Counted from the first letter of the stretch, positions 51,401 through 63,934 are shown. The stretch is 64,000 nucleotides of DNA from Hemiscyllium ocellatum (GCF_020745735.1 NC_083420.1:41044001-41108000); one strand, 5' to 3'. Notes: generated by a model not told the origin, from the letters alone. Numbers and translations: made by a program.

Positions 51401-52611
51401 CCTGATAATGCTCCCTTTTTGTCAGGTTTGTCTCATATTAGCTGGTAATACTATTAGTTAGTAATATATGAGCATCAGCATAGAACAGATGGTCTGTTTC
51501 TGTTTTGAAATGTTGTACTCTAACAAAGTAACTGGTACAGACTGCAGTGAAACCACAGCTCTGGTCTAAAGCCCTTAGTGAAGCAATAATTTGCAGCAAC
51601 GGTCACTTTTCGGTACAGGACTCCATGACCTTCATAAGAAATACAGGAACAATTACAACTCGAAGAGTCCAAGAAGTGTGTGCGAAGAATGCACCAACTA
51701 CATTCTCAACTTAGCTGCCTCGATTGGATTGCAACCTGTAACTCACCCATTCAGATACACTATTCTATATTGTTCCTCTAAACTCTTAACTACATTCCAG
51801 TTTGTAACTTATTCCTGAATATCCATTATTTATCTATAAATTCCTTGAGATCCTCTATTAATGGTTGGTATGCAGCACATGGTTGCAGTGTAACCCTTTA
51901 GTGAACAGTGCCCCTTTCCAAACACCCTGCATCAGGCTAATATTTATTGAAGCAGCTGCTAAGAGATGAGAGTTGTTCTTCTCAAAATAACAGACCTGTC
52001 ACTGGAAATCAAATCAAATAATAGATAGTGTGACATGGCACTTCTCAATCCCGCTACCTTCACTTTCAAAAGTGCGTAGAGAGCACTTGTATTCTGCTCT
52101 AACTTGATCAATTGTAAGAAGAATCACTGGAGCAAAAGGAAGAAGAGAGAGTGTTTATATGGTGAGAGATGAGAATTAATTCAAGTTTTGTATTTTCTCT
52201 CCTCCTCCTCCTGCAAGTGACATATCAGTCATGTAGCAGGACATGGTAATTGACTGATTTAATTCACACAGGTGTACAGAGTCTGAGATGCGAGCTCTGG
52301 AACTCCCTCCATAAACCTTTGTTTCTCTATCTCACTTTCCTCCAAGGCACTGCTTAAAACCTAACAATAACATCTTATGTGGTTCAGTGTCATCATTTGG
52401 TGATGCTCCTGTGAAGTGCCTTGCAATTAAGTAAAAGGTGCTATATAAATACAAATATTTGTTCTTGTTGAATGTAACTTCAAATTCCAACATTGCAGCT
52501 TCAGAATTTGACTTTAAAAATCTACAACTGAAAAGAACTGATGTCCTTTAGGAATGGAAACATGTGATCTGGCCTACACGTGAGTCACGTTGTACACCAA
52601 CATGGTTGACT

Positions 52612-52930
52612 CTTTAGATTACTTACAGTGTGGAAACAAGCCCTTGGGCCCAACAAGTCCACACCGACCCTCTGACAAGCAACCCACCCAAACCCATTCC
52701 CCTACATTTACCCCTTCACCTAACACTACGGGCAATTTAGCATGGCCAATTCACCTAACCTGCACGTTTTTTTTGGACTGTGGGAGGAAACCGGAGCGCC
52801 CGGAGGAAACCCACGCAAACACGGGGAGAATGTGCAAACTCCACACAGACAGTTGTCTGAGGTGGGAGTTGAACCCAGGTCTCTGGCGTTGTGAGGGAGC
52901 AGTGCTAACCACTGTGCCACCGTGCCACCC
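52612..52930 (-). mobile_element. HE1/V-SINE-type SINE, full length
   Basis: Minus strand ggtggcacggtggcacagtggttagcactgct...gggttcaactccc...gtggagtttgcacattctcccc. Confidence 0.85.
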
Positions 52931-53519
52931 ATAAATTACCTCTGAAGTGTCTAAGTTATTTCAAAAGAGCTCGAAGGAAGATATTGCATTTCTGTACCAC
53001 CTTTCATGACATTAGGAATCCTAAAGGGATTTACAACCATTGGATGACTCTTGAAGTCTAATCACCGTTAAAGGAAAGAAAAAAAGTAATTGGACTGAAA
53101 CAATTCAATTAGAAAGCTCACCACTTTCTCAAGACATTTAGGAAAGGCAATAAACAGGGCTTGAAGCACTTGTAACTTTGTGCCTTTTCTGATCAGACAG
53201 CGTTACTGCTGACACTACTATCTCTGCCTTTGGACAATCAGTCGAGGACTGAGTGTTGTCTGCTCCATTTGTGTAGTCCATATGTTGATATTTAGTTTCA
53301 ATGGTCATCATGGCAACAAAGCCAACCACTTACTGATTTCACTATCAGCTTGCACTTACAGAGCATACTTCACAAGAGGCAATTTTAACATTTTGGTACA
53401 TGAACCATTAGGACACGTGACCAAGTGCTTCAGCAAAAAGGCAGTTTTTGGCGTCAAGGAGGAGCAAGAGATGGAGAGCAGAAATGTTTGGGGAGGGAAC
53501 CATAGAGCTTAGAACCTCA

Positions 53520-54950
53520 GTTAAAACATAGATAATGTTGATTTTAATGTGCTATGACAGAGACACAGTAAACTGGGAAAATCAACAAGATCAGTGAGAT
53601 TATTCAGAAAAAGAATCAATATAATACGATCAGGTTCGTATGCCAAAGGAGTAAGAGCTCTATTTACCAAATTAATGTTACAGATGACAAAAGAAGGAAC
53701 ACCACAATGTAAAAAGTAAAAGATAAAGCATATTAAAATGCTGTAAAGAGCACACATCCTGGTAAATGGCAAAGATGCAACGTAGTAAAGGCTGGTAAAG
53801 ACAATAGTAAGAGTTACAAAAAGGATGCATGTATGTAAAGAAACTTACAAGATGTCAAAATCACAAAGGCTTTTTTCCCCATTGTATCAGGGAAAAGAGG
53901 GTGGTCCAGAACAATGTGAGTCCTTTGTTAACTGATAATTCTGACATTTTCACTGAAATAAGGAAATGGAACACATGCTGAATAACTAAGATGAGTATTC
54001 ACTGTAGAGAAAGTGGTCAGTCTGCTGGAAAACCAGGGAAACCAATAATGAAACAGGACAGGGTCTTAGCAAAATTAACATAACTAAATAAACATAGATG
54101 TGTCAGACCAAAGGGCCTTTTTCTGTGCTGTAGATCCTTCTGACTCTATAAAAGAATGACAGTAATGAAGAAAAGAATGATAGCAAAGAATAACAAATCC
54201 CCAAGAAGAGATGATTTCTGTTCCAGGCTTTAAAATGTGAGAATATTAGAGTGATAGAATTAGGGAATTTGAAAACTACTCTTGATTTGGGAACTGTTCC
54301 TTTAGGTTAAAAAATCTAACATTTTATTCCACTGTTTAAGAAAGTTGAAAAATCACACAACACCAGGTTATAGTCCAACAGGTTTAATTGGAAGCACTAG
54401 CTTTCGGAGCGCTAGTACTTCATCAGGTGAACAACCAGCTGATGAAGGAGCAGTGCTCTGAAAGTTAGTGCTTCCAATTAAACCTGTTGGACTATAACCT
54501 GGTGTTGTGTGATTTTTAACTTTGTCCGCCCCAGTCCAACACCGGCATCTCCAAATCATAAGAAAGGGAAACTGGGGAATTATAGATTAATCAGTTAACA
54601 TCTATCACCAGGAAATTACTAAAGTCTGTCATTAAAAATAGGGTGACTGAACAAATTGAAAAGTTTTTAGATAAACCAGGATGGATTTGTGCAGAAAAGG
54701 TAACGCTCAGCAGCCCTGATTGAAAAATGTTTTGAAGAGATGCCCAAAGAAGTGGATAGGTGAATGTCTGTAGATGTTACTTATATGGACTGTCTCTCAT
54801 AAGGTCAGGCCCTGAAATTGAACACAAATTATTGACCTGCTCAGGAAATTGGCCAATCAGCTAATTTGCCATAAATGGGCAGGTAGTGTCATTGGCAGGA
54901 TGACGAGTGGTGATCCACAAGGAACTGTTTTGAGATCACGACTTTAATGA
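53520..54950 (+). mobile_element. Old degenerate CR1 ORF2 remnant
   Basis: Decayed KSP...D, 'PLFKK' (ccactgtttaagaaag), 'GNYR' and 'DVTYMD' motifs. Confidence 0.5.
54345..54558. mobile_element. Palindromic Penelope-derived element, family B, with hammerhead cores on both strands; 8-bp TSD
   Basis: Near-perfect inverted arms of about 80 bp. Plus core CTGATGAaggagcagtgctctGAAAgttagtg at about 54439-54470; minus core at about 54396-54429. TSD taagaaag at 54337-54344 and 54559-54566. Confidence 0.8.
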
Positions 54951-55279
54951 CAAAAATTTTGTTTTTCTTTATGGGATGTGTGTGTAACTAATAAGGCTAG
55001 TTTTGTTGATCATCCCTGATTGCCCTTCAGTTTAGTGACTTTGCTCAGTCACTTCAGAGGACTGTTATGATCCAGCTACATTGCTATGGTCCTGGAAAGA
55101 CAGAAAATAGTTGTAGCTATAGGCCATTTGATCCGTTGAGGGGACCCTGCCATTATAATGATCATGGCAGATCATCTATCTCAACATTACAATCATACTA
55201 TATCCATAACCCTTGACACCTTTAGCATCTAGAGTGCTAACTTTCTTTCTTATTTTTATATATTATATATACATTCAGC

Positions 55280-55820
55280 GGTACAGGGAGTTATTCAAGA
55301 AGGGGAGAAAAGAGAAATGTAGTTGTAATTGGGGATAGAATGGTCAGGGGAATAGACACTGTCCTCTGTGGGCAGGATCAAAAGTCCCAAAGGCTATGTT
55401 GCCTGCCTGGTACCCAGGTTCAGGATATTTCATCTCGGCTGCAGAGGAACTTGAAGTGGGAGCGGGACGATCCATTTGTTGTGATCCACATAGGTAACGA
55501 GAAAATATGTAGAAAGAGGTTCTGCAGAGGGAATACAAGCAGCCAGGGGCTAAATGAAAAATATTGGAACCAAAAAGGTGGTAATTGCTGGATAACTACA
55601 TAAGCCACAAGGTAATTGGTACAGCGTCAACAATATTAAAGAAGTAAACATGTGGCTGAAAGATTGATGTGGAAGAATTGGGTTTGAATCATGGGATATT
55701 GGCACCAGTACTGGGGAGGGAGGGAGCTGACTCAATGGAACAGGCTCTACTTGAATCATGCTGGAACTAGAGCACTAGAAATCACATAACTAGGGCTGTC
55801 AATAGTACTTTAAACTAAAT
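55280..55820 (+). mobile_element. CR1 ORF1 (SGNH esterase) fragment
   Basis: VVIGD(R)MVRGID...CCLPGTQVQDI...VVIHIG, characteristic of esterase-type CR1 ORF1. Confidence 0.75.
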
Positions 55821-56409
55821 ATTGAAGATTAAGGGTCAGTTTTCTAATTGAGAAGCAGTGTTCAAAAAACACAAGAGCAGCCAGTGAATTTGCCCCCAAA
55901 ATGCCCTCAAAATTCAATCTATCTCAGGAGTGATGAATGTTTTCATTACATTAACATCTCATATTAGGGAAGGAGATCAATACTGCTGGACTACTCCAGT
56001 ACACTTGCTTCTGAATCAAAAGGTCAGAGGTTCAAGATCCTTTCACAAGACATCAGATGATCACCAGCACATGATCTCATGAGTGAGCCACACACTGCTG
56101 GACTTGCTGTTGTTCAGTTGACATTGTAAACCTAAAGGTCTAGCTGACCAGCCTGCCTTGTCTGTGGATGTGAAAAATTTCTCAGCATAACCTGAAAGAA
56201 GAGCAAAGGGAGATCTTTCTGACGCTGGTTAGTGATAATCTCAGCCATTCTGAATGTAAAACAAAACTTGTCATTATCACATTACTGTTGCAGACTGACT
56301 GATGCCTTTCCTAATTTATGGAAGTAACTACGTAAAGACAACACTTAAGTCCAGGATGTTCTGAAGGTTGTGAGAAGGTGCTGGAAATTGGACCTTTTCA
56401 GTCCAGACT

Positions 56410-56880
56410 TGCATTGCAGGGCCGACCACAGCAGATCAGCTCCACTTCCTCGCTTTCTGCTGCTCTGTATCAATGGGTGAACAGCATATCAACACTTGAT
56501 CTTACCTCATGCCAATACTTGCATTTCCAGCAGATGTCACCGCGTATCCTGTCCTGTATCAGTGAGCGGGTTTAAACCTAGGAATCGGAACTCTAGTGAG
56601 TCTTTGCTTTTTTAAAAACCCAGCGATGTCATTGAAAATTATAATCTCGGGCCTCAAATTGCCTACCGGGTCTCAATTTGAACATATACTCCCGTCGCCA
56701 AACCTTGGGACTGAAGCACTGTTCAACTTGAGGGTGGGGAAAAACTTGAGGCCCGAAAACTGTTCACAAAGTACAGCCGCGCTGTAGGTGAAACCGCGCA
56801 GATTAATGCCGCTGCACCGATGCTGGCGTTTTAATGAAGGACATTGACAAAAGTACCTTCGTTTTAACGTAATTCCTTCG
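56410..56880. promoter_or_regulatory. Non-repetitive CpG-enriched segment, possible promoter or enhancer
   Basis: Many CpGs in an otherwise CpG-depleted background, an ETS-like CCACTTCCT, and a minus-strand donor GAG|GTAAG near 56505. Confidence 0.35.
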
Positions 56881-57014
56881 TCAATTTCTGCTTGTTCCAT
56901 CAGAATTAGTGGCTGAAAATGAACACACAACTCTACTCGACAGCACCACTCAGTGGTGTAGCCATCTCGACTCAGAAAAGCTCAAACATCCCACTGAAAT
57001 ACTGACTGCAGGTA

Positions 57015-57565
57015 GTTTAGAGAACCCCAACAAATCCACACCGACCCTCCGACGAGTAACCCACCCAGACCCATTCCCCTACCCTATTTATTACTCTACA
57101 TTTACCCTTAAGTAATGCACCCCCAAACGTTGATGAATTGAATTTATTGTCACCGTGTGCTGAGGTACAGCAAAAAGCTTTGTCTTGCTACCAATACAGG
57201 CAGGTCACATTGTTAAGTAGCAAATATAAGTAAATAATAGGTAAACAGCGGCAAAAACAAAAACACAGGTACGGGCAATTGTTAAGAGTTTGTGAGTCCA
57301 TTCTAAGAACAGCAGGGTAGAAACTGTTACAAAACCGGCTGGTGCATGTGTTCAGGCTTCTGTACTTTCTCCCCAATGCTAGAGCCAGGTTGTAGAAATC
57401 CCTGAACACTATGGGGCAATTTAAGCAGAGCCAATCCACCCAGACAGCACATCTTTGGAGTGTGAGAGGAAACCCATGCAGACACTGGGAGAACACAGTC
57501 ACCCAAGGGTGGACTCGAACCCAGGTCCCTGGCACTGTGAGGCATGGAGCCACCATGCCACCCAT
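57015..57565 (-). mobile_element. HE1-type SINE interrupted by a Rex1/Babar 3' fragment (about 57134-57390)
   Basis: SINE head at about 57397-57565 and tail at about 57015-57125. The middle is the reverse complement of about 17200-17460. Confidence 0.7.
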
Positions 57566-57901
57566 AGTCCTGAGAATATAGAATTGTACAGCACAGGAAC
57601 AGGCCCTTCGGCCCAGGATGTTGTGCTGAACATGACGCCAAATTTAACTAATCCTGCCCTTGGTCCATAACCCTCCTTTCCTTGTGTGTTCATGTGGTTG
57701 TCTAAAAGTCCCTTGAACACCTCTATCCTTTCTGCCTCCTGGCAGTGCACTCTAGATTCCTTCTACTCTGTGTAAAAAAAAAACTTGCCCCTCACATCTC
57801 CTTTGAACTTTCCCCCTCTTGCCTTAAGTGCGTGCCCCCTTGTATAAGACATTTCAACTCTGGGGAAAAAAAGATTCTGACTGTCAACCTTATCGACGCA
57901 T

Positions 57902-58628
57902 TCAAAGTTTGTGCGAAGATTTGTAGCTTGGGTGCTTGTTGTAGTGGTTCTGTTCGCCGAACTGGAAGTTTTTGTTGCAAACGTTTCATCCCCTGGCTAG
58001 GAGACATCATCAGTGCTGTGGAGCCTCCTGCGAAGCGCTTCTTTGATGTTTCTTCCGGCATTTATAGTGGTCTGTCCTTGCCGCTTCCGGGTGTCAGTTT
58101 CAGCTGTCCACTGTAGTGATTGGTATATTGGGTCCAAGTCGATGTGTCTGTTGATGGAATTTGTGGATGAATGCCATGCCTCTAGGAATTCCCTGGCTGT
58201 TCTCTGTCTGGCTTGCCCTATGATAGTAGTGTTTTCCCAGTCGAATTCATGTTGCTTGTTGTCTGAGTGTGTGGCTACTAGGGATAGCTGGTCGTGTCGT
58301 TTCGTGGCTAGTTGGTGTTCATGTATGCGGATTGTTAGCTGTCTTCCTGTTTGTCCTATATAGTGTTTTGTGCAGTCCTTGCATGGTATTTTATAAACTA
58401 CATTAGTTTTGCTCATGTTGGGTATTGGCTCCTTTGTTCTAGTAAGTTGTTGTAACAGTTGTTGGACAGCTGAAACTGACACCCAGAAGTGGCAAGGACA
58501 GACCACTATAAATGCCGGAAGAAACATCAAAGAAGCGCTTCGCAGGAGGCTCCACAGCACTGATGATGTCTCCTAGCCAGGGGACGAAACGTTTGCAACA
58601 CAAACTTCCAGTTCGGCGAACAGAACCA
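57902..58628 (-). mobile_element. Penelope-like element: 5'-truncated GIY-YIG C-terminus with inverted pseudo-LTRs; 12-bp TSD
   Basis: Minus ORF NVVYKIPCKDCTKHYIGQTGRQLTIRIHEH...AREFLEAWHS...SINR. 166-bp inverted repeats at 57945-58110 and 58463-58628. TSD ttatcgacgcat at 57890-57901 and 58629-58640. Confidence 0.9.
58557..58596 (+). ncRNA. Minimal type I hammerhead ribozyme (Penelope pLTR type)
   Basis: GCA-CTGATGA-T-GTCTCCT(AGCC)AGGGGAC-GAA-ACGT-T-TGC: stem I GCA/TGC, 7-bp stem II, palindromic ACGT stem III, predicted cut after GUU (58593). A mirror copy lies on the minus strand at 57977-58016. Confidence 0.75.
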
Positions 58629-59634
58629 TTATCGACGCATCTCATAATTTTATGGACTTCGATCAATTCTCCTCTCAGAGAAAACAACTCAAATGTTTCG
58701 AGAGTCTCCTTTCAGCTTATACCCTCTAATCCAGGCAGCATCCTGGCAAACCTCTTCTGCACCCTCTCCAAAACCTCCCCATACTTGCTGTAATGTGGTG
58801 ATCAGAATTGAACTCAATGCTCTAAGTGTGGCCTAACCGAAGTCTTATAAAGTTGCAACATGACATCCTAACCCTTGTACTCAATTCCCCAGCCAATAAA
58901 GGCAAGCCATATGCCTTCTTTACCAACCTATCTAATTGTGCAGTCACTTTCAGGGAACTACGGACTTGAACTGCAAAATTCCTTGTCCCTTGGAACCAGG
59001 CACATTTAAAACTATATCATCTTTAATAACACCTAAATTATGGCCATCTTTCCCCTTTCCTACAAATGTGGGGAGAACAGACTTCAGATTACCTCTGAAC
59101 TGAGCCCATGTGCTGTTAGAATCTTCACACCCTTTCTAAATCCACTTGGGCTCTGATTTTCTAAAGTTCCAGTTAAATCACGGCACTTCAAGTGGTGTGG
59201 TTTTTATTTCTTCTGTTTAAAGGGATGGGGAGATCAGTGTTACCCCAAAGCACTTCATGGGAACAAAGATCAAATGAACTTTGACATCAAATCACATGAA
59301 GAGACAATGGGACAGATGCTGCATGTTTCGTCAAAATGTGATTCATTTTTCTCACACAAACACATTAAAGAAGGGCCCTGGTAGAAACAAAGAGCAAGTC
59401 CTGGAATTTAAGGTTTGGATTGCTGAAGACATGATCATCAATGATGGAGCAATGCACCAGAGACTAGAACTAGGAAAGTGCACAGGGTTGCAAGGCTGGA
59501 GGATGTAAGAAAGGTGAGTGAGACCATGTAGGGATATGAAGAAAATGGATGGAAATGTTAAAATCGGGATCTTGCTGGAATGGAAGCCAATGTAGATCAG
59601 TGAGAACAGTGGAGAAAACCCTACAATGCCCAAG

Positions 59635-59840
59635 AGATAAAGTCAGAAGTCACATGACACCAGGGTTATAGTCCAACAGGTTTATTTGAAATCACAAGCT
59701 GATCCTTCAAGTGAAGTCCACCTCTAAAAGGAGCAGCGCTCCAAAAGTTTGTGATTTCAAATAAACCTACTGGACTATAATCCTGGTGTCATGTGACTTG
59801 TCCACCTCAGTGCAACACTGGCACCTCCGCATTATGGCTA
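59635..59840. mobile_element. Palindromic family B element, degenerate core
   Basis: Arms gttatagtccaacaggtttatttgaaatcacaa and ttgtgatttcaaataaacctactggactataa. Confidence 0.7.
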
Positions 59841-60059
59841 CCCAAGGGACCGAATAAGATTACAACCCAAGATGTTTCACAAATTCAGATTTCACTACCA
59901 TCTGGTGAGGAAGCTGCTTGTTGAATATTTTGAGATCATTTGTATGCAAGTCAGCTGCCTGATGTCGAAGAGCCTCCTTCGATAGTAACATGGAAGATAC
60001 AGGGAGGAGTAGGCCATTTGACTCCTCAGTCTGTCATGCAATGTGATCCTGACCAATTA

Positions 60060-60885
60060 TCACATTTTTTTGAATCCATTTTATGGCATGTGAGTCGATG
60101 TGATTATATGGTGAATCCAGTTGAGTTTCTGGTCATTGGTGACCCCCAGGATGTTGTTAAAAATAACACAAAAACCAGGTTATAGTCCAACAGGTTTATT
60201 TGGAAGCACTAGCTTTCGAAACATTGCTTCTTCACCTGAAGAAGCAACAGCGCTCCGAAAGCTAGTGCTTCCAAATAAACCTGTTGGACTATAACCCGGT
60301 GTTGTGTGATTTTTAACTTTGTCCACCTCAATTCAACATCAGCTCCTCCAAATCATGGCTACCCTAGGATGTTGGTAGTGCAGGATTCACTGATGGAAAC
60401 ACCATTGAATGTCAAGGGACAGTGGTTAGATTGTCTCTTATTGGTGATGGTCATGGCCTAGCATTTGTGTGGTGTGAATGTTACTTGCCACATGTCAGCT
60501 AAGCCTGATACTGTCCAGATCTTGTTGCATTTGAACATAGACTGCTTTAGTATCAGATGCTGAACTTTGCGCAGTCATTGGCGAACATCCTCACTTCTGA
60601 CCTTATGATGGAAGGAAGGTCATTGATGAAGCAGCTGAAGATGGTTGGGTCTAGGACACTAGCTTGAGGAACTTCTGCAGAGATGCCCTGGACCTGAGAT
60701 GACTGACGCCACGGACCTGAGATGACTGACGCCACAACAATCTTTATATGTGCCAGGTACGGCTCTAACTGTGGGCGGGTTTGCCCCAATACCTGTTGGT
60801 TCCAGTTTTGCAAGGGCTCCTTGATGCTGCATTTGGTTGAATGGAGCCTCGATGTCAAGGGCTGTCGCTGTCATTCTCACTTCCC
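60060..60885 (-). mobile_element. CR1-like LINE RT fragment with an internal 23-bp tandem duplication (60690-60735)
   Basis: ORF VPQASVLDPTIFSCFINDLPSIIRSEVRMFANDC. Confidence 0.7.
60157..60365. mobile_element. Palindromic family B element nested in the LINE; TSD of about 9 bp
   Basis: cacCTGAAGAagcaacagcgctccGAAAgctagtg between inverted arms. aggatgttg at 60148-60156 and 60366-60374. Confidence 0.75.
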
Positions 60886-60899
60886 TTTTGGAGAGGCTC

Positions 60900-61650
60900 A
60901 GTATCCTAACCACCCACTCCTCCCCCTCGCTCATATCCTTTGATTACTTTAGCCACAAGAGCCATATCTACCTTTTTGTTGAAAACATATCATATTTGGC
61001 CTCAACCACTTTCTATGGTAGTGGATTCCATAGGCTTACTGCTCTCTGGGTGAAAATTTCTCCTCACCTTAGTCCTAAAAGGTTTACCCCTTACCCTTAA
61101 ACTGTGACCCCCTGGTCCTGGACTCCCCCCACCATCAGGTATATCTGACCTATCTAGACCTGTTAGAATTTTATAAGTTAATATGAGATCTCCCCATATT
61201 CTTCTAAGCTCCAGTGAATCCTATCTTAACTGACTCAGTCTCTCCTCATAGATCAGTCCTGTCATCCCAGGAATCAATTTAGTAAACCTTTGCTGCACTC
61301 CCTCTACAGCAGGTACATCCTTCCTCAGGTAAGGAGATCAAAACTGCACACAATATTCCAGGTGTGGCCTCGCCAATGTCCTGTACAATCGCAGCAAGAT
61401 ATCCTTGTTCCTCTACTCGAATCCTCTCTCTATGAAGGCCGACATACAGTTTGCCTGTCCCACCTGTGTGGTTAGTTTCAGCGACCAGTGCACAAGGACA
61501 CTCAGGTCTCATTGAACATTCCCCACTCTCAATTTACAGCCATTCAAATAATAATCTGTCTTCCTATTTTTGTGGATAACCTCATATGTTCATCTGTATT
61601 AAACTGCACCCTTCATGCATTTGCCCACTCACCGATTCTGTCCAAATCAT
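60900..61650 (-). mobile_element. CR1 3' portion
   Basis: Minus strand gtacaggacattggcgaggccacacctggaatattgtgtgcagttt (LYRTLARPHLEYCVQF). Confidence 0.75.
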
Positions 61651-62444
61651 CTATGCATCCTCTGCCTTGTATAAACACACAAAATTAGCAAATTCAAATC
61701 CATGTAAAATCCAGTTGTTCCAACAGGAGACATGTGTTGCTAAAAGAAGCACTCTTAACTGGCACTAAAGCCCCATGAATTGGGAAAAGCAGGTTTCTTA
61801 AAATTAAGAAAGATCTGTGCACGTAAATACTTTATTTATTGCTGAAAGTACTTAATGGGATTTTTACTGAAACATGAGGATGAAACCACTAAAATCCACC
61901 AGATGACTGTCTTAATTTGCTTTTGTTACGTGATGATATTGAATTGACAGCACTCATGAACAAGACTTAGGGAAGTTTTATTTCAATGTGCACCAGAGTT
62001 GAATAACCCACTAGAGAATTATATTTACTCATGTCTCTGACTTAGCAAACAATGTAGGCTGACACACCTGAAACAAGCCTGACAGTCTGCAAAGAGTTTG
62101 TATTTGTTAGATGACCTTTTAAACCCAAAGTGAAACTGAAGAGGTTTCTGAAAAGAAATTTCCTGGATATGGCATCGCTAAAGCTAAACTCTGGCTGAGG
62201 TTGTTATGGGAATTAAAGCCAAAGATAAAGCTAATTGAGGTAGTGCCTTGTGTAGCTTGATCTCTGCAATGGGATACCATTATGGGATGCAGAGTTTATG
62301 TGAGGTGCAACAAAGCTCCCTACAGAAAGGTAGGTTTTCTGTTTTGCAGGTAGAAAGAAAATAGAATAGCAGAAGCTGTTGTGAAACTGTATGTGAGCAC
62401 TAACGGGGCCTGAATCCTAAAATTGGGGTGAGTGGCTACAGAGC

Positions 62445-62810
62445 AGTGTGGTGGCTCAGGGATTAGCATTGCTGCCTCACAGCCTCACAGCATCAGGGAC
62501 TTGGGTTTGATTCCACTTCCGGGAGGCGGTGGGGTGGGACGTTGTCTGTGTGGAGTTTGCATGTTCTCCCTGTGTCTGTATGGGTTTCTGCCAGATGCTC
62601 TGGTTTCCTTCCACAATCCAAAGATGTGTGAGATGGTTGGATTGGTCACGTTAAATTGCCCCATAGTGTCCAGGGATGTGTAGGCTAGGTGCATTAGCTG
62701 TGGGAAATGCAGTGTTACGGCGTAAGGGGTGGATTTGGGTAGGATGCTTTTTGGAGAGTTGGTGTGGTCTTGAAAGACCGAATGGCCTGTTTCCACACTG
62801 CAGGTGTTCT
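62445..62810 (+). mobile_element. HE1/V-SINE-type SINE (older copy)
   Basis: tggctcagggattagcattgctgcctcacagc...gtggagtttgcatgttctccc...ggcctgtttccacactg. Confidence 0.75.
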
Positions 62811-63934
62811 ATGGATACACTCAGTAGCTGAGAGTTTGTTTGGAGGAGCAGACTGTAAACTGGGTGCTGTTGGTTGGTCAGTTGAACCTATCTCCATGCT
62901 TACCTCCTTTCCCATTGAGTGAGAGATTGGAACTAGGGAGGCACCCAGTTTAAAAATACTGGAGCTCCCATTTGAGAGAAAAAAAGGATTTTTTTTGTGT
63001 CTAAGGTACATTTGGTTTGTGGAATTTCCTTCCCCAGAGAGAAATGGAGGTTCAATCATTGAATATTTTTAAGGCTGAGTTCGATTGAGTTTGAACTGAT
63101 GTGGAAATTAAAAAGTATAAAGGATATACAGGAAAATAGAGTTGAGTCCACAATTGAATTACCCATCTTCTAATTAAATGGCGGAACAGGCTCGAAGATC
63201 TGTATGAGTCATGCTTGTTCCCAAGACTCTGAACAGCTACAGCACCAAGATACACACGACCCAAGTGAGAGAGAGTGTGTAGGTTTGAACCTTGTCACTG
63301 TTGATGCTATCTTAGGATACAGCTATGGACAAAAGGTCTCTGCGGTTAATATGATTTGAGAACGGAATTGATTTATTGAGAAATATGAATGTTCATAAGT
63401 AACAGAGGTAGTTCTAGAGAAGCTTGAAACTACATGCAAGGCCACGTATGTATGAAGGGTTACCGTTTTCTAAACTGTGTCTTTGTTGGTGTTCACTATT
63501 AAAAATGAAATTCATCGTATCAAGTGAGATAGTATTGGTTAGTTAATATTTGCTTAGTTTGAGGTTGATTTTGAGTTTGACAATTAGAGTAAATGTTTTA
63601 TAAAGTGAACCCCTTCCCTCGATGCCTTTCATCAACATCATTTGGAGATTCCTTTCTTTCTTCTATGGGATCCGACCACACCCATTTAATTTCACATCCC
63701 TCAAACTGTCTCGGTTCATGAATGAATCTCCTGACCACCACGTAGCTTCCGTTCCTGATCCCCTGACATTGTAATCTCTCTTCCCTTTCCTTGATTACTG
63801 GATGCCTTTCTTTCCAAAACTAATGTAGGTCTCTTCAAAAGATCACACATAAGGACATCCTTTCAAATTACACCCCCCCCCCCCCCCCCCACCCACCTGA
63901 TTTCCACCCCAAACTTCTTTTCCAGGGTCTTCAT

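Larger units (their letters stand above)
57575..58990 (-). mobile_element. CR1 3' portion interrupted by the Penelope insertion
   Basis: CR1 sequence resumes across the 12-bp TSD (RGELIEVHKIMRCVD...). Confidence 0.75.

Noticed and set aside
51591-51818. CpG-containing ORF with CxxC
   Set aside because: No ATG start, no convincing splice pair and no recognisable homology in the frames checked.
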